A stretch of 64,000 bases of DNA, taken from positions 64,792-128,791 of the forward strand of contig JBAZMQ010000001.1 in assembly GCA_041649675.1 (NCBI GenBank), read 5' to 3'. Made by a program: the position numbers and the translations under genes. Under the pieces are notes generated by a model that searched no databases, was not told where the DNA came from, and worked only from the letters and a program-made list of their open reading frames with translations. Source of the DNA: Patescibacteria group bacterium. GTDB lineage: Bacteria; Patescibacteriota; Patescibacteriia; Buchananbacterales; UBA6539. Shown in pieces: positions 7,361 to 17,072 of the stretch (its first letter is position 1; every line of letters begins with the position of its first letter).

Positions 7361-9247
7361 ATGCCAAAAATTTTAGGAATTGATTTAGGAACCACAAATT
7401 CCTGTATGGCCATTATTGAGGGTGGTGAGCCCAAGGTGTTGGAAAACGCCGAGGGAGCGAGAACCACGCCATCAGTGGTGGCAATTAATAAATCCGGCGA
7501 AAGATTGGTTGGCCAAATTGCCAAGCGCCAAGCCGTAACTAACCCGGAAAACACTTTGTATTCAATCAAGCGGTTAATTGGCCGCAGATGGGAAGAAGAG
7601 GAAGTCCAAAGAGATTTGAAATTGATGCCATTTAAAATTGTTAAAGCGGGCGATGGTGTTAAGGTTGTGTTAAATGGCAAAGAATCTACGCCTCAGGAAA
7701 TTTCGGCTATGGTTTTGCAAAAGTTGAAAGCAGACGCAGAAAGTCGTTTGGGTGAAAAAATCACTGAAGCGATAATTACTGTGCCGGCCTATTTTAACGA
7801 TGCTCAGCGCCGGGCAACCAAAGATGCCGGGGAAATTGCCGGTTTGAAAGTTAAACAGATTATCAATGAACCAACCGCCGCGGCTTTAGCCTATGGGTTT
7901 GAAAAGAAGAAAGGCCAAAAGATTGCGGTTTACGATTTGGGCGGCGGGACGTTTGATATTTCCATTTTGGAAATTTCTCAAGATACCGTTGAAGTTAAAT
8001 CAACCAACGGGGATACTCATTTGGGCGGCGATGATTTTGATCAAGTTTTGATTGAATGGATTATTGCTGAATTTAAAAAAGATCAAGGCATTGATTTAGC
8101 TAAAGACAATTTAGCTTTGCAACGGATTAAAGAATCAGCCGAAAAAGCCAAAATTGAACTTTCCACCGCTCAAGAAACGGAAATCAATCAGCCGTTTATT
8201 ACCACTGATGCCGGTGGGCCAAAACATTTGGTTTTGAAATTAACTCGTTCTAAATTGGAAGAGTTAGTTGGCGAATTGGTTGAAAAAACCTTAGAGCCAT
8301 GCCGTAAGGCAATTGCTGACGCTAAGCTGGACGTGAAGGATATTGAAGAAGTAGTGATGGTTGGCGGAATGACTCGTATGCCTTTGGTTTTAAAGACCGT
8401 AGAAAAATATTTCGGCAAAAAACCAAATATTTCGGTTAATCCCGATGAAGTTGTCGCTTTGGGCGCAGCGGTTCAAGCTGGCGTTTTGCAAGGTGATGTT
8501 AAAGATGTGTTATTGCTTGATGTTACGCCGTTAACTTTAGGCATTGAAACCATGGGCGCGGTGGCTACCCCTTTAATTGAAAGAAATACCACCATTCCAA
8601 CTTCTAAATCACAAGTCTTTTCAACCGCTTCCGATAGCCAGCCCTCAGTTGAGATTCATATTTTGCAAGGTGAACGGCCAATGGCTCATGATAATAAAAC
8701 TTTGGGTCGGTTTATGCTAGACGGTATTCCGCCTGCTCCCAGAGGTGTGCCGCAAATTGAAGTGACGTTTGATATTGATGCTAATGGTATTTTGAATGTC
8801 TCGGCCAAAGATCGCGGAACCGGTAAAGAACAAAAAATTACCATTACCGCTTCGTCCGGACTTTCCAAAGACGAGATAGAAAAAATGAAAAAGGAAGCCG
8901 AAATTCATGCCAGTGATGATCAAAAAAAGAAAGAATTGATTGAAGCAAGAAATATGGCTGATACTTTGATTTATTCAAGTGAAAAAGGTGTTCGCGATGC
9001 CGGTGATAAGATTACTGATGATATTAAAAAGGATATTGAATCTAAGGTTGAAGAATTAAAGAAAATCAAGGATAGCGAAGATTTAGAAAGTATTAAACGC
9101 CGGACTCAGGAATTGAATGATGCGGCTCAAAAAATCGGTGAAGCAATCTATAAAGCTCAGCAAGCAGCCCAACCAGGCCAGCCAACGGGCAGCGAAGCTA
9201 AGCCGGAAGAAGGCGAAGTAGTTGACGATAAAGGTGACAAAAAATAA
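7361..9247 (+). CDS. dnaK: Molecular chaperone DnaK (Hsp70)
   Basis: 628 aa with canonical Hsp70 motifs ([27 protein letters not shown]). Confidence 0.97.
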   Translation: MPKILGIDLGTTNSCMAIIEGGEPKVLENAEGARTTPSVVAINKSGERLVGQIAKRQAVTNPENTLYSIKRLIGRRWEEEEVQRDLKLMPFKIVKAGDGVKVVLNGKESTPQEISAMVLQKLKADAESRLGEKITEAIITVPAYFNDAQRRATKDAGEIAGLKVKQIINEPTAAALAYGFEKKKGQKIAVYDLGGGTFDISILEISQDTVEVKSTNGDTHLGGDDFDQVLIEWIIAEFKKDQGIDLAKDNLALQRIKESAEKAKIELSTAQETEINQPFITTDAGGPKHLVLKLTRSKLEELVGELVEKTLEPCRKAIADAKLDVKDIEEVVMVGGMTRMPLVLKTVEKYFGKKPNISVNPDEVVALGAAVQAGVLQGDVKDVLLLDVTPLTLGIETMGAVATPLIERNTTIPTSKSQVFSTASDSQPSVEIHILQGERPMAHDNKTLGRFMLDGIPPAPRGVPQIEVTFDIDANGILNVSAKDRGTGKEQKITITASSGLSKDEIEKMKKEAEIHASDDQKKKELIEARNMADTLIYSSEKGVRDAGDKITDDIKKDIESKVEELKKIKDSEDLESIKRRTQELNDAAQKIGEAIYKAQQAAQPGQPTGSEAKPEEGEVVDDKGDKK

Positions 9248-9254
9248 CTATAAT

Positions 9255-9325
9255 TGAATCAGGAATTATGAATAAGGAATCAGGATCGCAAAGTTCCTGA
9301 TTCCTATTTCCTGATTCATAATTCA
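9255..9325. repeat. GAATCAGGA-repeat hairpin cluster after dnaK (partial terminator/attenuator)
   Basis: GGAATCAGGA-tcgcaaagt-TCCTGATTCC perfect 10-bp stem nested in an outer gaattatgaat/attcataattc repeat. Followed by TATTT only, which allows read-through. Confidence 0.45.
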
Positions 9326-9331
9326 AAATTT

Positions 9332-9619
9332 ATGGATAAGCAATTACCGGAAAATCAAATTCAAATTCGTGATAGCTTTGCCGGTGGCGAATATGCCAAC
9401 GCCATGTATGTCAGTCACACCAAAGAAGAGTTTTTATTAACTTTTCTAAATATTGTGCAACCATCCGGTCGGGTAGTGGGAAAAATTATTGCCAGCCCCG
9501 GCCACTTGAAAAGAATTATTCGAGCGTTGGATGAAAGCTTGAAAAAATACGAAACAACGTTTGGCAAAGTTCAGGAAGCTGAAGCGCCAAAAAGTGAAAT
9601 TGGATTTAAAGCAGAATAA
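9332..9619 (+). CDS. Small conserved protein (DUF3467-like) inserted between dnaK and dnaJ
   Basis: 95 aa; family assignment from memory. Confidence 0.4.
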   Translation: MDKQLPENQIQIRDSFAGGEYANAMYVSHTKEEFLLTFLNIVQPSGRVVGKIIASPGHLKRIIRALDESLKKYETTFGKVQEAEAPKSEIGFKAE

Positions 9620-9698
9620 ATAAGCTTACAGCTGTTAGCTTATAGCTTTTAGTTAAAATCTTTCTAAAAGCTAACAGTTATAAGCTACAAGCTATTCT
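9620..9698. repeat. AGCT-rich palindromic intercistronic element (copy 2), before dnaJ
   Basis: taagcttacagctgttagcttatagcttttag...ctaaaagctaacagttataagctacaagctattct-ATG; related to 6161-6224. Confidence 0.5.
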
Positions 9699-10805
9699 AT
9701 GGCAAAAGACTACTACAAAATTCTTGGAGTACCCAAAAGTGCCTCAGCCGATGAAATTCGGAAGGCTTATTATAAATTGGCCCACCAGCATCATCCGCAC
9801 AAAGGCGGCGATGAGGCTAAAATGAAAGAAATCAATGAAGCTAACGCGGTTTTAGGTAATGCCGAAAAAAGAGCTCAGTATGATAAATATGGTCAGACCT
9901 TTGAGCAAGCCAAGTCTCAGGGCGGGGCAGGGTTTGGTGGCTTTGGTGATTTTTCCGATTTTGCTTCCGCTTTTGGCCAAAATCAAGGTCAGGGTGGAAG
10001 TTTTAATTTTGACTTTGGTGATATGGGTGATATTTTTGGTGATTTATTTGGAATGGGCGGCAGGCGATCAAATCGGTCAGGCGGCAGAAACGCTGGCGCT
10101 GATATTCAGGTTGAATTAACGATTGAATTTTTGCAGGCAGTTTTTGGTACCGAGACCAATATAAATTTAAATAAAGACGTTGTTTGCCAAAAATGCAGTG
10201 GCAGTGGCGCTGAACCCGGAACCAAAACTGTAACTTGCAAAACCTGTAGTGGGACCGGCCAAATTATTCGTAACGTTGGTTTTGGTATTGGCTTTCCCAG
10301 TGCTTGTACGGAATGCTTAGGCAGCGGTAAAAAGGCGGAAAAAGAATGCAGTCAATGTCGCGGTAAAGGTACAACCAAGGAAACCGAAAATATTTTAGTT
10401 AAAATTCCAGCCGGTATTGATGACGGCCAATCAATTCGGTTAAGCGGTAAGGGTCAGGCTGGCCAAAAAGGTGCTAGCGCTGGAGATTTATATTTGAGAA
10501 TTAAAGTCATCCCTGACTCAAGGTTTAAACGGAAAGGTTTTGATATAAAAACTAAAGCTGAGATATCTTTTGTCAAAGCGGCTTTGGGCGGTAAAGTTGA
10601 AATTGACACTTTAGATGGCAAAGTTGATTTAAAAATTCCCGAAGGGACGCAAAGCGGCAAAGTTTTTCAGCTTAAAGGCAGGGGAGTGCCCCATTTACAA
10701 GCCAGAGGCCGAGGTGATCAATTAGTTGAAGTAATTGTTAAAACGCCGACCAAATTAAACCGGCATCAGCGTGATATTTTGAAAGAGTTGGATAATGAAT
10801 TATAA
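9699..10805 (+). CDS. dnaJ: Molecular chaperone DnaJ (Hsp40, type I)
   Basis: J-domain with HPD (AHQHHPHKG...), a G/F-rich region and four CxxCxGxG zinc-finger repeats. Confidence 0.95.
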   Translation: MAKDYYKILGVPKSASADEIRKAYYKLAHQHHPHKGGDEAKMKEINEANAVLGNAEKRAQYDKYGQTFEQAKSQGGAGFGGFGDFSDFASAFGQNQGQGGSFNFDFGDMGDIFGDLFGMGGRRSNRSGGRNAGADIQVELTIEFLQAVFGTETNINLNKDVVCQKCSGSGAEPGTKTVTCKTCSGTGQIIRNVGFGIGFPSACTECLGSGKKAEKECSQCRGKGTTKETENILVKIPAGIDDGQSIRLSGKGQAGQKGASAGDLYLRIKVIPDSRFKRKGFDIKTKAEISFVKAALGGKVEIDTLDGKVDLKIPEGTQSGKVFQLKGRGVPHLQARGRGDQLVEVIVKTPTKLNRHQRDILKELDNEL

Positions 10806-10855
10806 TTACTGTGAGGGGTGAATAAAATTCTATTTTTGATTCATAAATTTAGTTT

Positions 10856-11503
10856 ATGGTAATCAACTCTGACTTTGCCACCGCCACGGCCTTGAATGTG
10901 ATTAATGTTTTTTCCAATCAAGTAGCCGATACGGCAAACCAGGCTGCCTTTTCGGGCAAAGATTTGTGGTTTAGCTTTTTAGGCATCAATTGGGTAACAC
11001 CAACTTGGGATTTGATTATTTTGCTTTTTTTAATCATTAGTGTTTTAATTTATAGCTTTACCTTAGGCCGCGATCGAATCGTGGCAATTTTAATCAGTAC
11101 TTACCTGGCTTTAGCCGTTACCACTAATTTGCCATTTATGGATAAATTGGCTGCCTGGTTAAATCAAACTCACATTTTTGGTTATCAAATATCAGCCTTT
11201 CTGATTGTTTTTGCAGTTTTGTTTTTAATGCTTTCGCGCAGTACTTTGACCCAAATGATTAGCAATTTGTCGGGCAGTTGGTGGCAGGTAATAATTTTAT
11301 CCTTACTTCAGGTCGGATTATTAATCAGTATAATTCTTTCGTTTTTGCCGCCCTCAGTTTCTAATTCGCTTTCCGATTTTACCAAAATTATTTTTACTAG
11401 TGAGCTAGGCAAGTTTTGTTGGATTGTTTTGCCAATCCTGGCGTTGGTATTTTTTCAGCGCCGGGCCAATAGGTTTGATTTTTCTAAATTTGACTTAGAT
11501 TGA
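10856..11503 (+). CDS. Integral membrane protein (about 5 TM; CvpA-like?)
   Basis: Hydrophobic profile only. Confidence 0.4.
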   Translation: MVINSDFATATALNVINVFSNQVADTANQAAFSGKDLWFSFLGINWVTPTWDLIILLFLIISVLIYSFTLGRDRIVAILISTYLALAVTTNLPFMDKLAAWLNQTHIFGYQISAFLIVFAVLFLMLSRSTLTQMISNLSGSWWQVIILSLLQVGLLISIILSFLPPSVSNSLSDFTKIIFTSELGKFCWIVLPILALVFFQRRANRFDFSKFDLD

Positions 11504-11526
11504 TTTTTTGTTTAAAGTGTTTAACT

Positions 11527-12096
11527 ATGAGTACAAACCAATTTGGTTTAGTTGATTTGGAGTCAGTTAATCCAAAGATAAAAATTGACATTCGTTACGC
11601 TAGCCAAGATAATTTCACAAAGAAAAAACTCTATTCTAGCGCCAGATGTTTTTTACAAAAATCAACGGCTCAAAAATTAAGTGATATCCAAAACAAGCTA
11701 GAAAAGCAAGGATTAGGTTTAAAAATTTGGGATGGCTATCGGCCGCTTTCAGTTCAAAAAGAATTATGGAAGATTATGCCTGACGAGCGTTATATTGCTA
11801 ATCCCCAAACTGGTTCGGATCACAATCGAGGGATTGCCGTTGATTTAACCTTGGTTGATTTGCAGGGCAAGGATTTACTGCTGCCAACGGAATTTGATAA
11901 TTTCAGTCCCAAGGCTCACCGAAATTGTTTTGATTTAACCGAAGAACAGATTAAGAATCGAAAAATTTTGGAAGATATTATGGTCAAAAGCGGTTTTATT
12001 CCTTTTCCGACTGAATGGTGGCATTTTGCCGATAGCGAAGGTAAGGATTTACCAGTTTTGGATATTGATTTTGTGGCCCTATCGTCTAGCGGCTAG
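11527..12096 (+). CDS. D-alanyl-D-alanine dipeptidase-like peptidase M15 (VanX/DdpX family)
   Basis: IDIRYASQDNF, DGYRP...LW, SDHNRGIAVDL and EWWHF motifs. Start taken at the internal Met (ORF track 11500). Confidence 0.7.
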   Translation: MSTNQFGLVDLESVNPKIKIDIRYASQDNFTKKKLYSSARCFLQKSTAQKLSDIQNKLEKQGLGLKIWDGYRPLSVQKELWKIMPDERYIANPQTGSDHNRGIAVDLTLVDLQGKDLLLPTEFDNFSPKAHRNCFDLTEEQIKNRKILEDIMVKSGFIPFPTEWWHFADSEGKDLPVLDIDFVALSSSG

Positions 12097-12149
12097 GACA
12101 TCAGGTTCTCATCCTGAAAACCGGGGTCCGATTCCCCGTGGGGCTACCA
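12075..12149 (+). tRNA. tRNA, Glu-like (anticodon CUC by manual fold), with encoded CCA
   Basis: Manual cloverleaf: acceptor GGCCCTA/TGGGGCT, D-arm TCGTCTAGCGGCTAGGACA (Glu-type), anticodon stem TCAGG/CCTGA with loop TTCTCAT, T-arm CGGGG-TCCGATT-CCCCG, then A + CCA. Two oddities: C at position 55, and the first 22 nt overlap the 3' end of the upstream CDS. Confidence 0.6.
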
Positions 12150-12153
12150 AAGG

Positions 12154-12188
12154 GAACTACTTAGTGAAAAAGTAGTTCTTTTTGTTTT
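12154..12188 (+). terminator. Intrinsic terminator after the tRNA
   Basis: GAACTACTT-agtgaaa-AAGTAGTTC followed by TTTTTGTTTT. Confidence 0.7.
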
Positions 12189-12311
12189 AGTTAAGAGAAG
12201 AAATCGAGTTTGCCACTTTAAAATCGTGGTGGTAAACTTAAAATTGATTAAAAACATTAAATTTGCAATAATTTAAACGATTTGAGTTGAGTTTGTCGCC
12301 AATGCCGGTCG

Positions 12312-13157
12312 ATGAACTATAAATATACTATGTCGGATTTAACTGCTATCGAAAAAAGAAAGCTTGAAAAACATTTTCAAATGGGAGGTGGGGTAGTTTG
12401 CAACTTTTCTAATAGAACTTTTGCAAATCAAGTTTTAGATTCTATTGGTTTAGATGTATATGTTGATAAATATAAAATTTTTGGTGAATCAAAGGCTAAT
12501 CGATTGAGGGCTCTCTGGAAGATCGAGAATAACTATACGATATCAAAACTTCTTATTGGCATTTTAGAATATTGGAAAGCAGAGCGGACTTTACTAAGTG
12601 TTGATGAAAGTATGTGGAGCGAAGCCTTTAACCCTGAGCTACATGAAGAATGTTTAAAAATAGCTGAGCGTTTAAAAAATAATACTGCGATGGGAGATTT
12701 AGATGCCTTAGAACAATATAATCTTGATGATAATTATGAATTATTAACTGATTCGATAAAGACAAGCATACTTAAAGATAAACCCGATCAAGCGATTGAT
12801 AGAATGCATACGTTTACAATAAAACGTATGCGCTTACTTTGTGACAAACACAATATTAAATATAGTAAGGATACTTTTCTCCATACTTTATTTGGTAACT
12901 ACGTGAAATTTTTGGAGGAAAATAAATTGATTCAATCAGAAATGTCATTAAGAATTTTGAAATCGTCAATTTCTATCTTGGACGCCTTTAACTCCGTAAG
13001 GAATAGCCATAGTTTAGCGCACGATAATGAAATTTTAAATAGAAATGAAAGTATACTAATTTTTAGTAATATTTTTAGTCTTATTAAATTTATTGATGCT
13101 ATAGAAGAGAGCTCTTCCAGCAACACAACTAATGAGATTGAGAATATCCCTTTTTAA
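12312..13157 (+). CDS. Abi-like protein with C-terminal HEPN-type motif (putative abortive-infection/toxin RNase)
   Basis: 281 aa, very AT-rich. C-terminal R-x6-H (VRNSHSLAHDN) resembles the HEPN Rx4-6H motif. Sits in the island next to the recombinase; its 3' end overlaps the recombinase 3' end by 29 nt. Confidence 0.45.
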   Translation: MNYKYTMSDLTAIEKRKLEKHFQMGGGVVCNFSNRTFANQVLDSIGLDVYVDKYKIFGESKANRLRALWKIENNYTISKLLIGILEYWKAERTLLSVDESMWSEAFNPELHEECLKIAERLKNNTAMGDLDALEQYNLDDNYELLTDSIKTSILKDKPDQAIDRMHTFTIKRMRLLCDKHNIKYSKDTFLHTLFGNYVKFLEENKLIQSEMSLRILKSSISILDAFNSVRNSHSLAHDNEILNRNESILIFSNIFSLIKFIDAIEESSSSNTTNEIENIPF

Positions 13158-14553
13158 TAAATTGTAGTTCGTCATCATAATCAACTCCATCAGGCGTAAC
13201 CCTGATGTTTTTTAATAGACTATCTATCAGCCTGCGCTTTTGTTCTCCGTTGGCTTGCTGGTAAGCGTGAACGGGATCACCCAGCAGACTGGCTAATTCT
13301 AATTTATGATTTAACCCACCGTCATCATTTGGATTAATTCTTTGCAACTCACTTTCAAGCTCAGCTATATTCTTGGCGTACTCGGCCCGCTTCAGGTCAA
13401 ACATATCTCTGGGAATCTCGCCATCTATATTTTTATCAATCAGCTTGCTTAGCCTTAATCTGGCTTGCCCGATTTGAAGAACAATTGATTCCTTCTTTTG
13501 AATCATGGCCAAGGCTAATGATTTTTTGGTTTTATGAGCTTGCTCAATCATCTCATCGACTTGGTCGGGCGTGAACCGTATCTTTGTTAATTCGTCTAAT
13601 ATCCAAGTCTCAACCAACTCTTCCTTTATAGGCTTCATGCTGCACAATTTATTACGGCAGTAGTAATAGTGGTATTTATGCTTTGATGTCGTTGACCGCA
13701 AGCGCTTTCCACAGAGACCGCAACTCAGAATATGGACAAATTTGTATTCGTTGACTTGCAACTTAGGTATTGCATGCCGTTTTTTGACGGCCTGTACTTT
13801 GCTATAAAGTTCTTCCGAGACTAATGGCTGATGTTGCCCTTGAAAGATCTGCCCCTTTACCGTGACAAAGCCCAGGTAATATTTATTATTCAAAAGCGTG
13901 CAGAGCTTTGTATATCTCATTTTATTGCCGAAACTACTCCGTAAGCCTTTGTTAAACATAATGGTCTCTAAATCAAGCAGTGAATATTCGCCAGTGGCAT
14001 ACAGTTTGAAACATTCCGAAATAAGCGGACCCATAATCGGATCCACTACACGTATGCTCTTGCCGCCCTTTACATAACCTGTCGGCACATTGCCGAATGG
14101 CGAATAACCCTGACTCAGCCGTTTGTACATGCCCTCTTTTACCCTGGTACTCAAAACACGAGTGTCATTTACCGCCATGACCGCTTTAACGTCAGCCATC
14201 AGCCTATCGCCGTTACTTTTGAGCTGAATGTTTTCCCGGCTTAGATGGATTTCCAAACCCTCGTCCATCAAATTACTGATTATCGCCCAGTCACGAAAGT
14301 TCCGACTGCTTCGGTCGACATCGTGAAAAATAATACCGGCAATATCATTCCGTGATTCAAGGTCGCCGATCATCTCGTAGAATTTTTTGCGTTTGGCAAT
14401 TTTTGATGCGCTCTGAACTTCCCGAAATTCTTTGGCAATGACAAGACTGTGACTATTCGCGTATGCGACAATAGCTTCACGTTGGGCATCCAAGGATACA
14501 CCGTCCCTTTCCTGCCCCTTTGAACTGACTCGATAATAGCTGAAATATTTCAT
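13129..14553 (-). CDS. Large serine recombinase (resolvase/invertase N-domain plus recombinase and zinc-ribbon/coiled-coil C-terminal domains)
   Basis: N-terminus YYRVSSKGQ..DGVSLDAQ with catalytic Ser and conserved R/D; 474-aa length; Cys cluster (CGLCGKRL...YYCRNKLC) typical of LSR zinc ribbon. Confidence 0.85.
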   Translation of the reverse strand: MKYFSYYRVSSKGQERDGVSLDAQREAIVAYANSHSLVIAKEFREVQSASKIAKRKKFYEMIGDLESRNDIAGIIFHDVDRSSRNFRDWAIISNLMDEGLEIHLSRENIQLKSNGDRLMADVKAVMAVNDTRVLSTRVKEGMYKRLSQGYSPFGNVPTGYVKGGKSIRVVDPIMGPLISECFKLYATGEYSLLDLETIMFNKGLRSSFGNKMRYTKLCTLLNNKYYLGFVTVKGQIFQGQHQPLVSEELYSKVQAVKKRHAIPKLQVNEYKFVHILSCGLCGKRLRSTTSKHKYHYYYCRNKLCSMKPIKEELVETWILDELTKIRFTPDQVDEMIEQAHKTKKSLALAMIQKKESIVLQIGQARLRLSKLIDKNIDGEIPRDMFDLKRAEYAKNIAELESELQRINPNDDGGLNHKLELASLLGDPVHAYQQANGEQKRRLIDSLLKNIRVTPDGVDYDDELQFIKKGYSQSH

Positions 14554-14634
14554 CGTCGTTGTAATTTGATTATATGAGACAAGCGTTTGATTTCGAATGA
14601 TTTCTGACTATTTCCTGTATGTTGACCGATATTC

Positions 14635-14685
14635 TCTGCATCTCAGTTTCCCGTAACCTTTAGGTTACGGAAACTGAGATGCAGA
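14635..14685. repeat. 51-bp near-perfect palindrome (24-nt arms around TTTA) immediately upstream of the serine recombinase gene
   Basis: TCTGCATCTCAGTTTCCCGTAACC-ttta-GGTTACGGAAACTGAGATGCAGA; single 1-nt bulge. Confidence 0.8.
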
Positions 14686-14697
14686 ATTAGATTACGG

Positions 14698-15639
14698 CTA
14701 CGTTAGCCGATAAAAATGTTTTCCCTTGACCCCGACTTCCTTCTCAAGTTTTTTATCCTTAACCATCCGATCAAGCAATTCATCTGTAGCCGACTCGCCA
14801 ATTAAACTTTTTACAGATTCAACTAAATCCTGTCTTGATTTGATCCCGTTATCTTTTATCTCTTCGATAATTTTTGTCCAAGCCATGTCATTCTTGTCTT
14901 CCTCCTGCTTTGTCGTTCCTGCATAACTAAATTTTACCGATTTGTCAGATTTATCAATTTTTAACTGGAACGTATCCATCTCTTCGGCGATTCTTAATTT
15001 GCCCTGAGTAACTTCGATAATGGTTTTTTTATTACGTGCGGCAACCATTAAATGACAATCCACAGCAGCCAAAATATCCGACGACCCTCTTAGGTTAATA
15101 TTTGATTGACCACGTTCGTTACCCTTTCTTAAATGGTGGGTAATTATTACAGTAACTCCTAAGTTTGTAATCTTGTTAAACAGCGAAAAAACATCCGACA
15201 CCTGTCCCGCAATATTCTCATCTTTGCCGTGGATTCTAACAAAGCTGTCAATACATACGAGCCTAATTTTTTTAGCTTTTATGAACCTTAGTAAGTCTTC
15301 TTCGTCTTCAAGTTTATCAATCCGAAACCCATGTTTACTGGAGATGTGAATCACTCCCTTATTTGTCATGTTGACTAACTTGAACCGTTCCTTCATAAAA
15401 CTTAAATTATTTTCCTCATCGATTATCAGCACCTTCCCTTTTAAACAGTCAAATTGGTCAAATAGTTTTTCACCAAGTGAAACAGATTTTGCAATTTCGA
15501 TCAGTATCCAGGTTTTAAAGTTTCCAGGATGGCCAGACAGAATTGTGATTCCTTGGGCAGGAATTAAATCCTTAATTAACCATTTCGGTGCTTTTAGATT
15601 TTTGCGCAATAATTTTGCGACTGCTATAGTATGTAACAT
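14698..15639 (-). CDS. RecA-like/AAA_25-type ATPase (RepA-like replication/primase-helicase loader of mobile elements)
   Basis: Walker A-like GHPGNFKT, Walker B VLIIDEEN, and a C-terminal winged-helix-like tail; family assignment from memory. Confidence 0.55.
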   Translation of the reverse strand: MLHTIAVAKLLRKNLKAPKWLIKDLIPAQGITILSGHPGNFKTWILIEIAKSVSLGEKLFDQFDCLKGKVLIIDEENNLSFMKERFKLVNMTNKGVIHISSKHGFRIDKLEDEEDLLRFIKAKKIRLVCIDSFVRIHGKDENIAGQVSDVFSLFNKITNLGVTVIITHHLRKGNERGQSNINLRGSSDILAAVDCHLMVAARNKKTIIEVTQGKLRIAEEMDTFQLKIDKSDKSVKFSYAGTTKQEEDKNDMAWTKIIEEIKDNGIKSRQDLVESVKSLIGESATDELLDRMVKDKKLEKEVGVKGKHFYRLT

Positions 15640-15981
15640 ACAAGTTTAGATTATTGAGATTAATTAGAACGACTAAAACTAAAACTAGCCAGGCCCATCT
15701 CGGCAATTAAAAAACATCTCGTCATAAATTTCTAAAATAACGTCTATATATTCATATGATATTTTTTGCTGTTGCTTGTATTGCATAAAAAATAAACAAA
15801 AAAAGCCCGCAACAGCATATGAACTAAGTGTTCACACACTATTGCGGGCTCCTTACCGCTTCTGACCATCACTCGCGATGGATTTTCCTACAAAAATGTA
15901 GTACCGTCTTTAATTTTTAATATTCAATTTAGTCACCTTACACCTTATTTTAAAAAAAGTCAAGACTAAGCCTGTGTATAA

Positions 15982-16476
15982 TTATTTTAATTTTAATAAA
16001 AAATCTACAATAAATTTTACAAAAGGCTCACTTTTTTCCTGGGCAAATTTTTTGGCTTTACGCTCATCTTCAATAAAAAGGGAATCTCGTTCTATTGGAG
16101 GTTGTCCAGTTTTTTTATCAATAATTAATTGATTGAATCGATCAATCTCATCGGCATAATCATAAATACCGTCTACGGCTATACTGTTATATGTTCCACA
16201 TTCACAGATGGCAGCCATCTCTTCATATTTAACAACTAATGTGGTTTTATTCCCAACTTTCATTTTTGCTCGACTACCGTGTATATCTGCAACAATCATT
16301 TTTTTGCAATTAGAACAAACCCAAGTTTCAATTCCAGCCTCAGGGTTAATCTGTATTCTACCGTTTGTTATAATTTCATTTGTAGGCCTTGCCTTATTCG
16401 CCTCTTCAAGTGATCCAAAAATTTTGATTTTTTCTTGGTTGATAGAATCTAGTAATTTTTTATTCATGTAAGTCAT
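15982..16476 (-). CDS. Hypothetical protein with Cys4 zinc-ribbon-like motif (CSNC...CECG)
   Basis: 164 aa; no family recognised. Confidence 0.4.
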   Translation of the reverse strand: MTYMNKKLLDSINQEKIKIFGSLEEANKARPTNEIITNGRIQINPEAGIETWVCSNCKKMIVADIHGSRAKMKVGNKTTLVVKYEEMAAICECGTYNSIAVDGIYDYADEIDRFNQLIIDKKTGQPPIERDSLFIEDERKAKKFAQEKSEPFVKFIVDFLLKLK

Positions 16477-16848
16477 ACAGTTTAAATTAAATCTACCTTT
16501 ATTTTACACAAAAAAATACCGTTTTGTCCAAACGGAGTCAAATTCAGTCGTATTTTACAAGTTTACCCCTTGGCGATAGGGTAATTCTTTTTTTACTATA
16601 TGCGGCTCTAAATCGTCCGTTTTAACATCCTAGCGCCGTGATTAAACTCGAACTGGCTGTCAATAACGCTAGCCTAAAGCGATCTGAAATTATGAGTTTA
16701 AATACATATAGAGCTTGCCCCGAAATAGCATAGAGAGAATTTAAAGAATATTTTGATCAATTTTTGAGGCTGCAACTGCTATGCTTCGAATGATTTGATT
16801 TAAAATAATCGACAATTTCAGACGTAAAGTATTTGAAGGCAAGTAGTT

Positions 16849-17061
16849 TTACTTTGGCTGAATCATTTCCCAAAGATACTGTTTCTCTAGCTCCAGCGAT
16901 TTTATTTTTGCGTCATGCAGCATTTCCTGATTTTTGATTTCAACATCAATAGCTTCTAGTCGTGCCATTACCTCCAAAAATTTATCCGGATTAACCCCTT
17001 TCTTCGCTCGCTTCTTTCTAAGATGTTTAACGTCCGCTCCTTGAACTTTTTTATTTGTCAT
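16849..17061 (-). CDS. Small basic coiled-coil protein (70 aa), unknown
   Basis: Lys/Arg-rich N-terminus and heptad-like C-terminus; could be a DNA-binding regulator. Confidence 0.3.
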   Translation of the reverse strand: MTNKKVQGADVKHLRKKRAKKGVNPDKFLEVMARLEAIDVEIKNQEMLHDAKIKSLELEKQYLWEMIQPK

Positions 17062-17072
17062 ATTGTGTTCGA

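Noticed and set aside
8188-8923. Three small minus-strand ORFs inside dnaK
   Set aside because: Antisense to a near-certain gene; spurious.
9859-10119. 86-aa ORF inside dnaJ (plus strand, other frame)
   Set aside because: Overlaps the G/F-rich region of dnaJ; spurious.
12932-13126. 64-aa antisense ORF inside the Abi-like gene
   Set aside because: AT-rich frame shadow.
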